Assembly (NCBI GenBank): GCA_031393955.1
Contig: JANMWI010000034.1
Location: forward strand, 433-64,432
Length of the DNA: 64,000 bases
Direction of reading: 5' to 3'
Source of the DNA: Acidobacteriota bacterium
GTDB taxonomy: Bacteria; Acidobacteriota; Vicinamibacteria; Vicinamibacterales; 2-12-FULL-66-21
The first letter of the stretch is position 1. Each line of letters starts with the position of its first letter. The notes under the pieces are model-generated. The model did no database searches and was not told where the DNA came from. It worked only from the letters and a program-made list of their open reading frames with translations. The translations under genes and the position numbers were made by a program. Shown piece after piece: positions 41,542-51,080 of this stretch.

Positions 41542-42185
41542 TGGACCGGTCCCGGGTGTTCCTGCTGTCGCCGGCCAACTGCGCCGGCGCCCGCGCCCGG
41601 ATGGTACTGTCGGAGCGCGCGACCTTTCCGCTCGCGGTGCGGCTGCGATCGGCCGCGGGGGCGCCGATCGGCGAGGTCTTCAGCTTCATGAGCGGCCTGT
41701 ACTTCCGCGGCAAGCTGACCTACGCGCGCGCCTTTGCCGCCGCGCCCGATCCCGAATCGCCGATTTCCGGCGCCGGCGTCTTCGTGATCACGCCGACCGC
41801 CGGGCTGCGCGCCGCCGACACGCCGCTGACCGTCGACGCGATTCGCGGCTTCGCCGCCGTCGACGTCGACGCCGCCAATCCGGATTATCGCCGCCCGCTC
41901 GAACGGAGCGCCCGGGCGCTCGCCCGCGATCTCGGCGACTGCGACGTCGTCCTGCTCGGCAGCATCGCGTCGTCGAAATACGTCGACGTCCTGGCCGACA
42001 TCTTCGGCGCGCGGCTGCTCTTCCCGGCCGCCTTCGTCGGCCGCGGCGACATGAGCCGCGGCGGTCTGCTGCTGCGCGCGGCGGCCGCCGGCGTCGAGCT
42101 GTCCTACGTCCCCATCGAAGGCGCCGTCCGCCACGGCCAGCGCCCGCCCAAGCTCGACCCGCTGACACGGCCGTCACGGGGGTAG
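41541..42185 (+). CDS. Hypothetical protein (no family recognised)
   Basis: 214-aa ORF whose start abuts the fabH stop. Composition is coding-like. No motif that I can name. Confidence 0.4.
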   Translation: MDRSRVFLLSPANCAGARARMVLSERATFPLAVRLRSAAGAPIGEVFSFMSGLYFRGKLTYARAFAAAPDPESPISGAGVFVITPTAGLRAADTPLTVDAIRGFAAVDVDAANPDYRRPLERSARALARDLGDCDVVLLGSIASSKYVDVLADIFGARLLFPAAFVGRGDMSRGGLLLRAAAAGVELSYVPIEGAVRHGQRPPKLDPLTRPSRG

Positions 42186-42198
42186 CACGCAGCTGTCA

Positions 42199-42375
42199 GC
42201 TTCCCGCTTCCTGCTTCCTGCTTTCCGCTCCGCTTCCCGGCTTTCGCGCTCCGCACCCCGGCCCTTTGGCACCCCGGCACCGTGGCACCGTGGCACCCTG
42301 ACCCCTTGGCACCCCGGCACCGTGGCCCCTTGGCACCCCGGCACCCTGACCCCCTGACCCCTTGGCACCTTGCCT
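42199..42375 (+). repeat. 8-nt-periodic degenerate repeat element (CTTCCYG units, then YYGGCACC units), intergenic copy
   Basis: Reads gcttcccg cttcctg cttcctg ctttccg ... tttggcacc ccggcacc gtggcacc gtggcacc ctgacc ccttggcacc ccggcacc gtggcccc ttggcacc ccggcacc ctgacccc ctgacccc ttggcacc. Same unit and orientation as 61449-61625. Confidence 0.8.
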
Positions 42376-42392
42376 GCGCTACACTCCCCCCC

Positions 42393-44063
42393 ATGCTGAA
42401 ACATCTGCTGGCGGGGGCGGTGCTGGGGATCCTGGCTCCGGTGGTGTTGTCCGCCGCGGAGCGGGTGACGACGGCGAGCGGCACTGTCGAAGGCACGCTC
42501 GAAGCGAGCGGCGTCCGCGCCTACAAGGGCATTCCGTTCGCCGCGCCGCCGACCGGCGAGCGGCGCTGGAAGCCGCCGCAGCCGGTCGAGCCGTGGACCG
42601 GTGTCCGGCCGGCGGCGCAGTTCGGCCCGCGCTGCGAGCAGGCGCCGATTTTCGGCGACATGAATTTCCGATCGAGCGGAATGGGCGAGGACTGCCTCTA
42701 TCTGAACGTCTGGGCGCCGCCGCGTCCCGCCAGCGGGTTGCCTGCCGCGCCGGAGCCCGGAAGCAACCGAACCGGCGAAGGCCGGCCGGTGCTGGTCTAT
42801 TTCTACGGAGGCGGCTTCGTCGCCGGAGACGGCTCGGAGCCGCGCTACGACGGCGAGACCATGGCGAAGAAGGGCATCGTTGCCCTGACGGTGAACTACC
42901 GCCTCGGCGTGTTCGGCTTCCTAACCCATCCCGGGCTGACCGCCGAGTCCACGCAGCACGCGTCGGGCAATTACGCGCTGCTCGATATGGCGGCGGCGCT
43001 CGACTGGGTGCAGAAGAACATCGCGGCCTTCGGCGGCGATCCGCGCAAGGTGACGATTGCCGGCGAGTCGGCCGGATCGATTGCCGTCAGCGCGCTGATG
43101 GCGTCGCCGCTGTCGAAGGGGTTGATTGCCGGCGCGATCGGCGAGAGCGGCGCGCTGATCGCGCCGACCCTGCCGCCCGCGCCGCTTGCCGACGCGGAGG
43201 CGATTGGCGCCAAGTTCGCTGCGTCGCTCGGCGCCGGCACGATCGCCGCGCTGCGCGCGATGCCGACCGCGCAGGTGCAGGAGGCGGCGGCGAAATTGCC
43301 GGTGGGCCATTTCCCCGCGACGATCGACGGCTACTTCCTGCCGGCAGCGCCGGCCGACATCCTGGCGGCGGGCCAGCAGGCGCATGTGCCGCTCCTCGCC
43401 GGCTGGAACTCGGAAGAGGGTGGGGCGCGCGCGGTCCTCGGCAGCGGCGAGGCCACGCCCGACAATCTCAAGCAGGCGCTGGTGAAGATTTATGGCGACC
43501 GCGCGGATACGGCGGTCAAGCTGTATGGCGGGACGACGGCTGACGAGGTGCAGCAGGCGGCGACCGACCTGGCCGGCGATCGCTTCATCGCCTACAGCAC
43601 GTGGAAGTGGGCCGACCTGCACGGCAGGACCGGCGGACAGCCGGTTTACCGCTACCTCTACGCGCGGCCGCGCCCGCCGATGGTGCCGGCGATGGGCAAT
43701 GCCGTTCCTGGGTTGGCCGGGGGAGTGGTCAGCGGCGCCAACGCTCCGGCGGTGCGTCCGGCGCCGGCCCGCGGCGCGGTCCACTCCGCCGAGATCGAAT
43801 ACGCGATGGGCAACCTCGCCACGAACAAGGTCTATGCATGGAGCGCGGAGGACTACAAGGTCTCCGAGGTCATGCAGGCGTACTTTGCGAACTTCGTCAT
43901 GCACGGCAACCCGAACGGCGCTGGCCTGCCGGCGTGGCCCGCCGCCAACCGCGGCGACGCGGTCGTGCAGATGCGCATCGACGTCGAGCCGCGCGCGGAG
44001 CGCGAGCCGTACCGCGATCGCTATCTGTTCCTGGACACGGTCTACGGCGCGCCCGCGAAGTAG
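42393..44063 (+). CDS. Secreted carboxylesterase/lipase, type B family
   Basis: Trimmed from ORF 42282..44063 to ATG 42393 (MLKHLLAGAVLGILAPVVLSAAE, a signal peptide). Contains YKGIPFAAPPTGERRWKPPQP, DCLYLNVW and the nucleophile elbow GESAGS. Confidence 0.9.
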   Translation: MLKHLLAGAVLGILAPVVLSAAERVTTASGTVEGTLEASGVRAYKGIPFAAPPTGERRWKPPQPVEPWTGVRPAAQFGPRCEQAPIFGDMNFRSSGMGEDCLYLNVWAPPRPASGLPAAPEPGSNRTGEGRPVLVYFYGGGFVAGDGSEPRYDGETMAKKGIVALTVNYRLGVFGFLTHPGLTAESTQHASGNYALLDMAAALDWVQKNIAAFGGDPRKVTIAGESAGSIAVSALMASPLSKGLIAGAIGESGALIAPTLPPAPLADAEAIGAKFAASLGAGTIAALRAMPTAQVQEAAAKLPVGHFPATIDGYFLPAAPADILAAGQQAHVPLLAGWNSEEGGARAVLGSGEATPDNLKQALVKIYGDRADTAVKLYGGTTADEVQQAATDLAGDRFIAYSTWKWADLHGRTGGQPVYRYLYARPRPPMVPAMGNAVPGLAGGVVSGANAPAVRPAPARGAVHSAEIEYAMGNLATNKVYAWSAEDYKVSEVMQAYFANFVMHGNPNGAGLPAWPAANRGDAVVQMRIDVEPRAEREPYRDRYLFLDTVYGAPAK

Positions 44064-44196
44064 GCCGCGGTCCCCGGGCGGCCGGGCGCGGTCGCTTGTA
44101 GAATGTTTTCATGCGTGATGCCCGCTCGGAGGCGCGGCCCCATCTGGCCGAGGCGCGGCGGCTGATGGCCGCGGCCCGCGCGGGAAGCGGGGACCG

Positions 44197-45927
44197 GTGA
44201 GGCGCGCATTGCCCCGCTGGCTGCACGCGTCGCTCGTCGTCGCGGCCGTGTTTTTCGCGACGTCGGCGGCACGTCCGCGCGACACCGGCGCGCCGCGCGC
44301 CGCCGCCCTGCCGTTTGCGTTCACGAACACGGCGCGCCAGGCCGGTCTCACCGCCATCACGGTCTACGGCGGGACCGAGACGAACAAGTACCTGCTCGAG
44401 ACCACCGGCTGCGGCGTGGCGGTGTTCGACTTCGACGGCGACGGCTGGCTCGACATCTTCATCGTCAATGGATCGGTCCTCGGCGGGTTCACGACGGGAG
44501 AGGCGCCGACCGCCCACCTCTATCGCAATCGTCATGACGGCACCTACGAAGATGTCACCGCCCGCGCCGGGCTGACCCAGAGCGGCTGGGGGCAGGCGGC
44601 GTGCACCGGCGACTACGACAACGACGGCCACGAGGATCTGTTCGTCACCTACTGGGGGCAGAACCGGCTGTTCCGCAATCGCGGCGACGACACTTTCGAG
44701 GATGTGACGACGGCGGCGGGGCTGCGGACCGCAAAGCCGCGCTGGGGTGCCGGCTGCGCGTTTCTCGACTACGACCGGGACGGACGTCTCGATCTGTTCG
44801 CCGCCAATTACATTGATTTCGACCTTGCCTCGGCACCCCTACCCGAGTCGGGCCTGTGCCGCTACAAGGGCCTGCCCGTGGCCTGCGGCCCGCCCGGTCT
44901 GCCGGGAGGAAAGAACGTGCTCTATCGCAACCTTGGCGGCGGGAAGTTCGAGGACGTCTCGGAACGCTCCGCCATCACCCGCGCCAGCGGCACCTATGGC
45001 CTCGGCGTCAGCACGCTGGATTTCAACGACGATGGCTGGGTCGATCTCTACGTGGCGAACGACTCGAGCCCGAGCGCGCTGTATCTGAACAACGGCGACG
45101 GCACCTTCAAGGACGTCGGCGTCGTCGCCGGCTGCGCCTACAGCCAGGACGGCAAGCCGCAGGCGGGGATGGGTGTGGCGGTCGGCGATTACGATCGGAA
45201 CGGGACTGTCGATCTGTTCAAGACCAACTTCGCCGGCGATACCTCGACGTTGTACGCCAACGACGGCAAAGGGACGTGCGAGGACCGGACCTTCTCCGGC
45301 GGGATCGGGCTGAACACGCGCTGGCTGGGGTGGGGCGTGGGGTTCCTCGACCTGGACAACGACGGCTGGCTCGACCTCTTTCTCGTCAATGGCCACGTCT
45401 ACCCCGAAGTGCAGCGGCTGCAGAGCGAGGCCGGCTATCAGCAGCGGAAGGTCGTCTACCGCAATCTCGGCAACGGCGGGTTCGAAGACGTGTCGGAGCG
45501 GCTGGGGCCGCCGGTGACGACGCCGGCAGCGGGGCGCGGTGCGGCGTTCGCCGATCTCGACAACGACGGCGACACCGACGTGGTCGTCAACAACATGCAC
45601 GCACCGCCGGACCTGTTCCGGCTCGATTCGCCGCCTGGTGCCCACTGGATCACCCTCAAGCTGGTCGGCACGCGATCGAACCGCAGCGCCATCGGCGCGC
45701 GGGCCCGTCTGTTTACGGCCGCCGGCATGCAGGTGCAGGAAGTCCGCGGCGGCGGCAGCTACTTCTCACAGAACGACCTGCGCGTCCACTTCGGCCTCGG
45801 CCGCGAGACCGCGGTGGCACGGCTCGAGATTCGATGGCCGAACGGCCTCGAAGAGCAGTGGACCAGGCTCGACCTCGATCGCATTTCGACGATCATCGAG
45901 GGCAGCGGCACGGAGGTCCGGCACTGA
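44197..45927 (+). CDS. CRTAC1-family protein (FG-GAP/VCBS repeats + UnbV/ASPIC C-terminal domain)
   Basis: Seven DxDxDG-type repeats (FDFDGDGWLDIF, DYDNDGHEDLF, DYDRDGRLDLF, DFNDDGWVDLY, DYDRNGTVDLF, DLDNDGWLDLF, DLDNDGDTDVV). The C-terminal region is RSAIGARARLFTAAGMQVQEVRGGGSYFSQNDLRVHFGLG. Confidence 0.85.
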   Translation: MRRALPRWLHASLVVAAVFFATSAARPRDTGAPRAAALPFAFTNTARQAGLTAITVYGGTETNKYLLETTGCGVAVFDFDGDGWLDIFIVNGSVLGGFTTGEAPTAHLYRNRHDGTYEDVTARAGLTQSGWGQAACTGDYDNDGHEDLFVTYWGQNRLFRNRGDDTFEDVTTAAGLRTAKPRWGAGCAFLDYDRDGRLDLFAANYIDFDLASAPLPESGLCRYKGLPVACGPPGLPGGKNVLYRNLGGGKFEDVSERSAITRASGTYGLGVSTLDFNDDGWVDLYVANDSSPSALYLNNGDGTFKDVGVVAGCAYSQDGKPQAGMGVAVGDYDRNGTVDLFKTNFAGDTSTLYANDGKGTCEDRTFSGGIGLNTRWLGWGVGFLDLDNDGWLDLFLVNGHVYPEVQRLQSEAGYQQRKVVYRNLGNGGFEDVSERLGPPVTTPAAGRGAAFADLDNDGDTDVVVNNMHAPPDLFRLDSPPGAHWITLKLVGTRSNRSAIGARARLFTAAGMQVQEVRGGGSYFSQNDLRVHFGLGRETAVARLEIRWPNGLEEQWTRLDLDRISTIIEGSGTEVRH

Positions 45928-46158
45928 TGCCCGCCGCCACGCGGCGGAGGGCTTTGCGGTCGATCCTCGCGACGGTCAGCCTCGCGGCCGCCTCGACGAA
46001 GGCATCGCGCTCACTCAATTCGACCGCGTACTCGAACGGCGATCTCCAGTTCGCGCTGCGGTTCACGTTCTAGCACCCGCGAGCCGGAACCGTGAGTTCG
46101 TCAGATGGTGTGCTGGCGGGCCCCCCGCGTGATGCCGGGTCCGGCCGGCCGCCGGCTC

Positions 46159-49158
46159 CTAAACCGCCCGGAAGATGGCGACCGGCGCCGCGTCGAACGC
46201 TTCGCCAAGGAAGATCCAGGCGTCCTCTCCGGCGCGCGCCGGCCGGATCTCCGCACCGGTCAGTTCGTGCCGGAAGGTCCGGTCCGCGAGCGCGGGCGGC
46301 AGCATCAGGCGCGATGTCTTCCAGCACTCGCCGCCGATCGGGGCGGTGGTGCCGCCGCTGGTCAGGGCGCTGCACAGCCGCGGCGCCGCGAAGATCACGG
46401 CGTCGAGCCGGCCGTCGCGCTGCGCCGTCCTGGCGAACGCGACCGCGTCACCCTGGACGGTGACTTCGGTGGTCAGCGGCAGGTACGACCCGCCACAGAA
46501 GACGTGCGGCCACTCGCGCCGCAGCCGCAGCCCGGCGGCCGTCAGCAGCAGCTTGATCCGGCCGTCCTTCCAGCCGCTGACCCAGCCGCGCACCGCCTCG
46601 CCGCGGGCCGCCGGGTCGAGCACCAGCATGCGATCGACCTCGTCGAGCAGCTGCGCGCGGACGGCGAAGTCGACCGGGCGCCGGTTGTCGGGGTCCACCA
46701 GACTGAGCTCCCACAGCTCGGTGCCCTGGTAGAAATCGGGCACGCCGGGCGAGCCCAGCTTGAGGGTGACCTGGGCGAGCGAGTTGACCATGCCGACGAG
46801 TGCGATCCGCGCCTGCAGCGGCAGCATGGCGGCCAGCAGCCGCGCGCCGGCCGGTCCGGCCAGCGAGCTTTTGACAAAGTGGGTGAGCGCATCCTCATAA
46901 GGCTGGTTGGTCGTCAGCCAGCTGGTATGCGCCTTGGCCTCGCGCGCCGCCTTGAGCATGTATTCCGACAGGCGATCGATGATCTCGACGGGCACCTCGC
47001 GGGTCTCCGCCGCGGCGTCGGCCGGCCAGATGCCGATCAGCGCCTGGTAGAAGCGGTACTCGTCGACGCGGTCCGGCGCCGGCCCCTGATCGACGAGAAC
47101 GCGATGGGAACGGTTGATCCGCATCCACCGCGCGACCTCGCGTCCCCACTCGTCCGGCATCTCCGAGATGACGTTGATGCGGGCGCGGACGTCCTCGCCG
47201 ACCTTCGTGTCGTGCGTCGCGGTGGCGAGCATCTCGAACGGCCAGGTCTGGCTGCGGAAGACGTTGGCGGCGTGGAACTCCTCGACCGAGCGGCCGAACC
47301 GCGACGGGTCGCCGCCGACCTCATTGAGCGAGAGCAGGACGTTGTAGCGATAGAAGGTGGTGTCCTCCAGACCCTTCGCCTGAACCGGGCCGGTGTACTG
47401 CTGGAGCTTCATCGCGAAGCGCAGCCGCTCCTGCGCTTCAGCCTCATTCGCCGGGGGATACCCGCCCCGCCGCTCGCGTCCCTCGGGCGCGGGCTCGTCG
47501 TTCGGGTCGCGCGGCAGCACGACCTCGCGGAAGAACGAGAAGATCGACGATTCCATCGCCGGGTTGCGCAGCTGCGCCTTGGCAATCGCCCGCGCGACGA
47601 CCGCCCGATCCTCGAGCCGCCAGCCCCGCTCGTCGACATAGGTCCGGTAGACCGGAAAGCAGGCGACGAATTCGGTGATCGCTTCGCGGAGCGCATCGAG
47701 CGTGAAATCCCGCGACCGCCGGTTGTTCTCCGCAATCCGGTCGAGCATCTGCGCCAGTACCTTCAGCTCGCTCGCCATCGCGGTCGAGACGATCAGCCGC
47801 TTCGCCGCGTAGAGAACGTCCTCGAACGGCTCGTCGTGGCCGGTGAGCTTGGCGTAGACGCGCTTGGTGCGGCGGGCGTGGCGGGCGTCGACGAACAGCC
47901 CGTTGAGGTCGTTGAGGTAGTTGTAGCCGGTCGTGCCGTGGACCGCCCACTTTTCCGGCAGCCGCTCGCTGCCGGTGAGGATCTTCTCGGCGACGACGTA
48001 GATCGGCCGGGACGGCGGCTGGTCGGGCCCAGCCGGCGGCGGCACGTTCCACACTGACGCGGCCAGCGCCTGCAGGCGCCTGAAATATCCCGCCGGATCG
48101 AACAGCCCGTCGGGATGATCGATCCGGACCGCCTGAACCTTGCCGTCCCGGATCAGGCTGCCGAGCAGTTGGTGGGTCGCGTCGAACACTTCCGGGTTCT
48201 CGACGCGCAGCCCGGCAAGCGTGTTGACGTCGAAGAACCGCCGATAGTTGATTTCGTGTGACGCGGTGCGCCAGTAAGCCAGCCGGTAGGGCTGCCGCTC
48301 GAGCAGCTCGTGCAGTTCATTGAAGCTGGCGGGGTCGCCGGGCGCACCGTTGCAGCGCGCCACGCTCTGGTCGATCGCCGCACGGATCGCCGGCTCCGCG
48401 CCGTAGACCCGCTGCAGGCGGGCGCGGGCGATTTCCTTTTCGCGCTGCCGCTCGGCGATTCGCCCAGGCTCGCTCTCGGTATAGGCCGGCAGGTTCTGCA
48501 GCGACGCGACGATGCTCTGGAGCTCGAGCAAGTCCGGGTGATCGGCCGCGAGCGCCGCGGCTGCCGCCTCGACGGCCGCCTGATAGACTCGAGGAGCTTC
48601 CCGGGGATCGATTGGCACGACCTCATCGAAATAACGCACGACCAGCCCGCCGTTCGAGAAGGCCAGCTGCAACTCGCCGCGATCCAGCACGTTGCCGTAC
48701 TGGTCGCCGAGAATCGGCAGCAGCAGCTTCGCCTGGAGCTCGGCCTTCGCCGGCGTCCAGTCGACGTCGAAAAACGCCGCCGCCGGCGAGCTCGGGCCGT
48801 TCTCGAGCAGGTCGTGCCAGCGGGCGTTGCTGCTGCCGATGCCCATGTGATTCGGCACGAAGTCGACGATATGCCCCATGTCGTGGGCGGCCAGCGCGGC
48901 GCTGAACGCCGTCAGCGCCTCAGCGCCGCCGGCCTCGGGACTGATCTCGTTGTGGTTGGCGACGTCGTAGCCGTGCGTGCTGCCGGGCGCGGCGGTGAAG
49001 TACGGCGAGGTATAGCAGCAGGTCGCGCCAAGCCGCGCCAGGTACGGCACGATTGCCGTCGCCTCGGGCAGCGGAAAGGCGCTGTAGACCTGCAGCCGGT
49101 AGGTGCTGCTCGGCACGTAGCGGGGGCGATCCCCTGTGTACTCGTCGGGTATGGTCAT
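46159..49158 (-). CDS. treY: Malto-oligosyltrehalose synthase
   Basis: N-terminus YVPSSTYRLQVYSAFPLPEATAIVPYLARLGATCCYTSPYFTAAPGSTHGYDV, plus IVDFVPNHMG. About 1000 aa. Lies downstream of treZ. Confidence 0.85.
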   Translation of the reverse strand: MTIPDEYTGDRPRYVPSSTYRLQVYSAFPLPEATAIVPYLARLGATCCYTSPYFTAAPGSTHGYDVANHNEISPEAGGAEALTAFSAALAAHDMGHIVDFVPNHMGIGSSNARWHDLLENGPSSPAAAFFDVDWTPAKAELQAKLLLPILGDQYGNVLDRGELQLAFSNGGLVVRYFDEVVPIDPREAPRVYQAAVEAAAAALAADHPDLLELQSIVASLQNLPAYTESEPGRIAERQREKEIARARLQRVYGAEPAIRAAIDQSVARCNGAPGDPASFNELHELLERQPYRLAYWRTASHEINYRRFFDVNTLAGLRVENPEVFDATHQLLGSLIRDGKVQAVRIDHPDGLFDPAGYFRRLQALAASVWNVPPPAGPDQPPSRPIYVVAEKILTGSERLPEKWAVHGTTGYNYLNDLNGLFVDARHARRTKRVYAKLTGHDEPFEDVLYAAKRLIVSTAMASELKVLAQMLDRIAENNRRSRDFTLDALREAITEFVACFPVYRTYVDERGWRLEDRAVVARAIAKAQLRNPAMESSIFSFFREVVLPRDPNDEPAPEGRERRGGYPPANEAEAQERLRFAMKLQQYTGPVQAKGLEDTTFYRYNVLLSLNEVGGDPSRFGRSVEEFHAANVFRSQTWPFEMLATATHDTKVGEDVRARINVISEMPDEWGREVARWMRINRSHRVLVDQGPAPDRVDEYRFYQALIGIWPADAAAETREVPVEIIDRLSEYMLKAAREAKAHTSWLTTNQPYEDALTHFVKSSLAGPAGARLLAAMLPLQARIALVGMVNSLAQVTLKLGSPGVPDFYQGTELWELSLVDPDNRRPVDFAVRAQLLDEVDRMLVLDPAARGEAVRGWVSGWKDGRIKLLLTAAGLRLRREWPHVFCGGSYLPLTTEVTVQGDAVAFARTAQRDGRLDAVIFAAPRLCSALTSGGTTAPIGGECWKTSRLMLPPALADRTFRHELTGAEIRPARAGEDAWIFLGEAFDAAPVAIFRAV

Positions 49159-49198
49159 GGGTGTATCAACTGCTGATCTGCGGCGCCGCCAGCGGCGG

Positions 49199-51067
49199 TT
49201 AGCGCCGGCGAAAAATCACCGCGCCGGGCCGTTCGAAGCGCACCAGCGGCGCGCCGCCCTGTCGATCGATCGAGGGGGCAGTGGAGTCGTCTGCGAAGGT
49301 CGGGTCTTCGGTCGAGAGCACCAGCGTCCAGTCGCCGCCGGCATCGCCGCGCGCCTCGGCAAGCGGGGCGAGGTCGACCATCCCCGCGTCGGTCAGCCGC
49401 GCCACGACCCAGAAGGTCTCGCCGTCCGCGGCGCGGCGCATCACGACCGTTCCGGCATCGGGCGCTTCGGCTTCACCGGCGGTCTCGAGGCTGGCGCCGA
49501 GGGCAGCGTGGCTGGTGCGCAGCGTCAGCAGCCGGCGGTAAAGCGCCGCGAGGCCGGCGTGGCCGGGCTGGCCACGTTCCTCCCAGCGCAGGCGGCTCGC
49601 GTCATGGGTGCCGGGTGCCTGCGGATCCGGGATGGCGTCGCGCCGGCTCTCGTCGGCGAACTCGGGGAACGCCGCGAACTCGCGGCGGCGCCCCTCGGTG
49701 ACCAGCCGGCCGAGGTCAGGTTCGAGGTCGGTGAAGTACAGGAACGGCGTCCGCGCCGCCCACTCCTGGCCCATGAACAGCAGCGGCGTCATCGGTACCG
49801 TCAGCAGCAGGGTCGACGCGGCGCGCCACGCATCCGGCGCAATCTCGTGATGGAGGCGCTCGCCCATCGCCCGGTTGCCGATCTGGTCGTGGTTCTGCAG
49901 GCAGACGACGAACCGGCTCATCGGAATGTGCGAGGGATCCGACCCGCGCGCGATGCCGTGGCGCGGCGAGACCTGCCCGGTGTAGAGCCACCCCTGACGG
50001 ATGGTCCTGGCCAGCTCCTCGGTCGTCCCCTGGAAGTCGGCGTAGTAGCCATGCTCGTCGCGCGCCAGCAGGCGGCGGACGACATGATGGAAGTCGTCGG
50101 CCCAGACGCCGTCGAGACCCCAGCCGCCGTCCCCGGCATCCTCGATCATGCCGGCGAGATTGCGATGGTCTTCGGCGTGGATGAACACGCGGATCGCCGA
50201 CGCGGAGCGCGCCGCGCGGGCGATCTCCCGGACGATCGAGCCCTCGTCTTCCTCGACGAGCGCGTGGGTGGCGTCGAGGCGGAGGCCGTCGAGATGGTAT
50301 TCGCGGATCCAGTGCCGGGCGTTGTCGAGGATGAAGTGACGGACGAGCGCCGAGCCCGGACCGTCGAGGTTGAGCGCGCAGCCCCACGGCGTGTGATGGC
50401 GGTCGGTGAAATAGGCCTGAAGGAACTGCGCCAGGTAGCTGCCTTCGGGGCCGAGATGGTTGTAGACGACGTCGAGCATCACGCCGAGGCCGAGCCGGTG
50501 GGCGCGGTCGACCAGACGCCGGAGGTCGTCGGGCGAACCATAGACGCGCGACGGCGCGTAGAGGCAGACGCCGTCGTAGCCCCAGTTGCGGGTGCCGGGA
50601 AAGTCGGCAATCGGCATCAGCTCGACCATCGTGATGCCCTGGTCGCGGAGCGTCTCGAGCACCGCGGCCGCACCCGCGAAGGTCCCGTCCGGCGACGCCG
50701 TGCCGACGTGCAGTTCATAGACGACCAGATCACGCGCCGGAACGCCCGGCCAGCCGGCATCGCTCCAGGCGAAGGCCGCCGGATCGATCACTTGCGAGGG
50801 GCCGTGAACGCCGTCGGGCTGGAATCGCGACGCCGGATCGGGGCGCAGGGCGTCGCCGATCCGGTAGCTGTAGCGGTCGCCCGCCGCCGCCCGCGGGACG
50901 ACGCACTCGAACAGCCCGTCGGCGGGGCTGCCGGCACGGTAGTCGCCGGCCGCCGGACCGTCGTGGATGACCAGCGTGAGTTCACCCGGCGACGGCACAA
51001 CGAAGCGGACGCCGGCGTCGATCGGGATCGCGCCGAACACCGGCGGCTCGGGATGCGGGATGGTCAT
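49199..51067 (-). CDS. treZ: Malto-oligosyltrehalose trehalohydrolase
   Basis: Contains YELHVGTASPDGTFAGAAAVLETLRDQGITMVELMPIADFPGTRNWGYDGV, MLDVVYNHLGPEG and GLRLDATHAL. I prefer ATG 51067 (MTIPHPEPP) over TTG 51112, which would overlap treS by 32 nt. Confidence 0.85.
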   Translation of the reverse strand: MTIPHPEPPVFGAIPIDAGVRFVVPSPGELTLVIHDGPAAGDYRAGSPADGLFECVVPRAAAGDRYSYRIGDALRPDPASRFQPDGVHGPSQVIDPAAFAWSDAGWPGVPARDLVVYELHVGTASPDGTFAGAAAVLETLRDQGITMVELMPIADFPGTRNWGYDGVCLYAPSRVYGSPDDLRRLVDRAHRLGLGVMLDVVYNHLGPEGSYLAQFLQAYFTDRHHTPWGCALNLDGPGSALVRHFILDNARHWIREYHLDGLRLDATHALVEEDEGSIVREIARAARSASAIRVFIHAEDHRNLAGMIEDAGDGGWGLDGVWADDFHHVVRRLLARDEHGYYADFQGTTEELARTIRQGWLYTGQVSPRHGIARGSDPSHIPMSRFVVCLQNHDQIGNRAMGERLHHEIAPDAWRAASTLLLTVPMTPLLFMGQEWAARTPFLYFTDLEPDLGRLVTEGRRREFAAFPEFADESRRDAIPDPQAPGTHDASRLRWEERGQPGHAGLAALYRRLLTLRTSHAALGASLETAGEAEAPDAGTVVMRRAADGETFWVVARLTDAGMVDLAPLAEARGDAGGDWTLVLSTEDPTFADDSTAPSIDRQGGAPLVRFERPGAVIFRRR

Positions 51068-51080
51068 GTGGAGCGCCGCA

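Noticed and set aside
42199-42375. Reading the TGGCAC-containing repeats (here and at 61449-61625) as sigma-54 (-24/-12) promoters or as a CRISPR-like array.
   Set aside because: No TGGCAC is followed by TTGC at the required spacing (GG-N10-GC). The units are only 8 nt long and contiguous, with no spacers. One copy lies inside a coding sequence.
45927-46073. A 48-codon plus-strand ORF (MPAATRRRALRSILATVSLAAAS...NGDLQFALRFTF) with a Tat/signal-like start and an outer-membrane-barrel-like C-terminal Phe.
   Set aside because: It is too short to be a barrel protein and has no RBS. It overlaps the CRTAC1 stop. At best it is a deletion relic of an outer-membrane protein gene, and I cannot support it as a feature.
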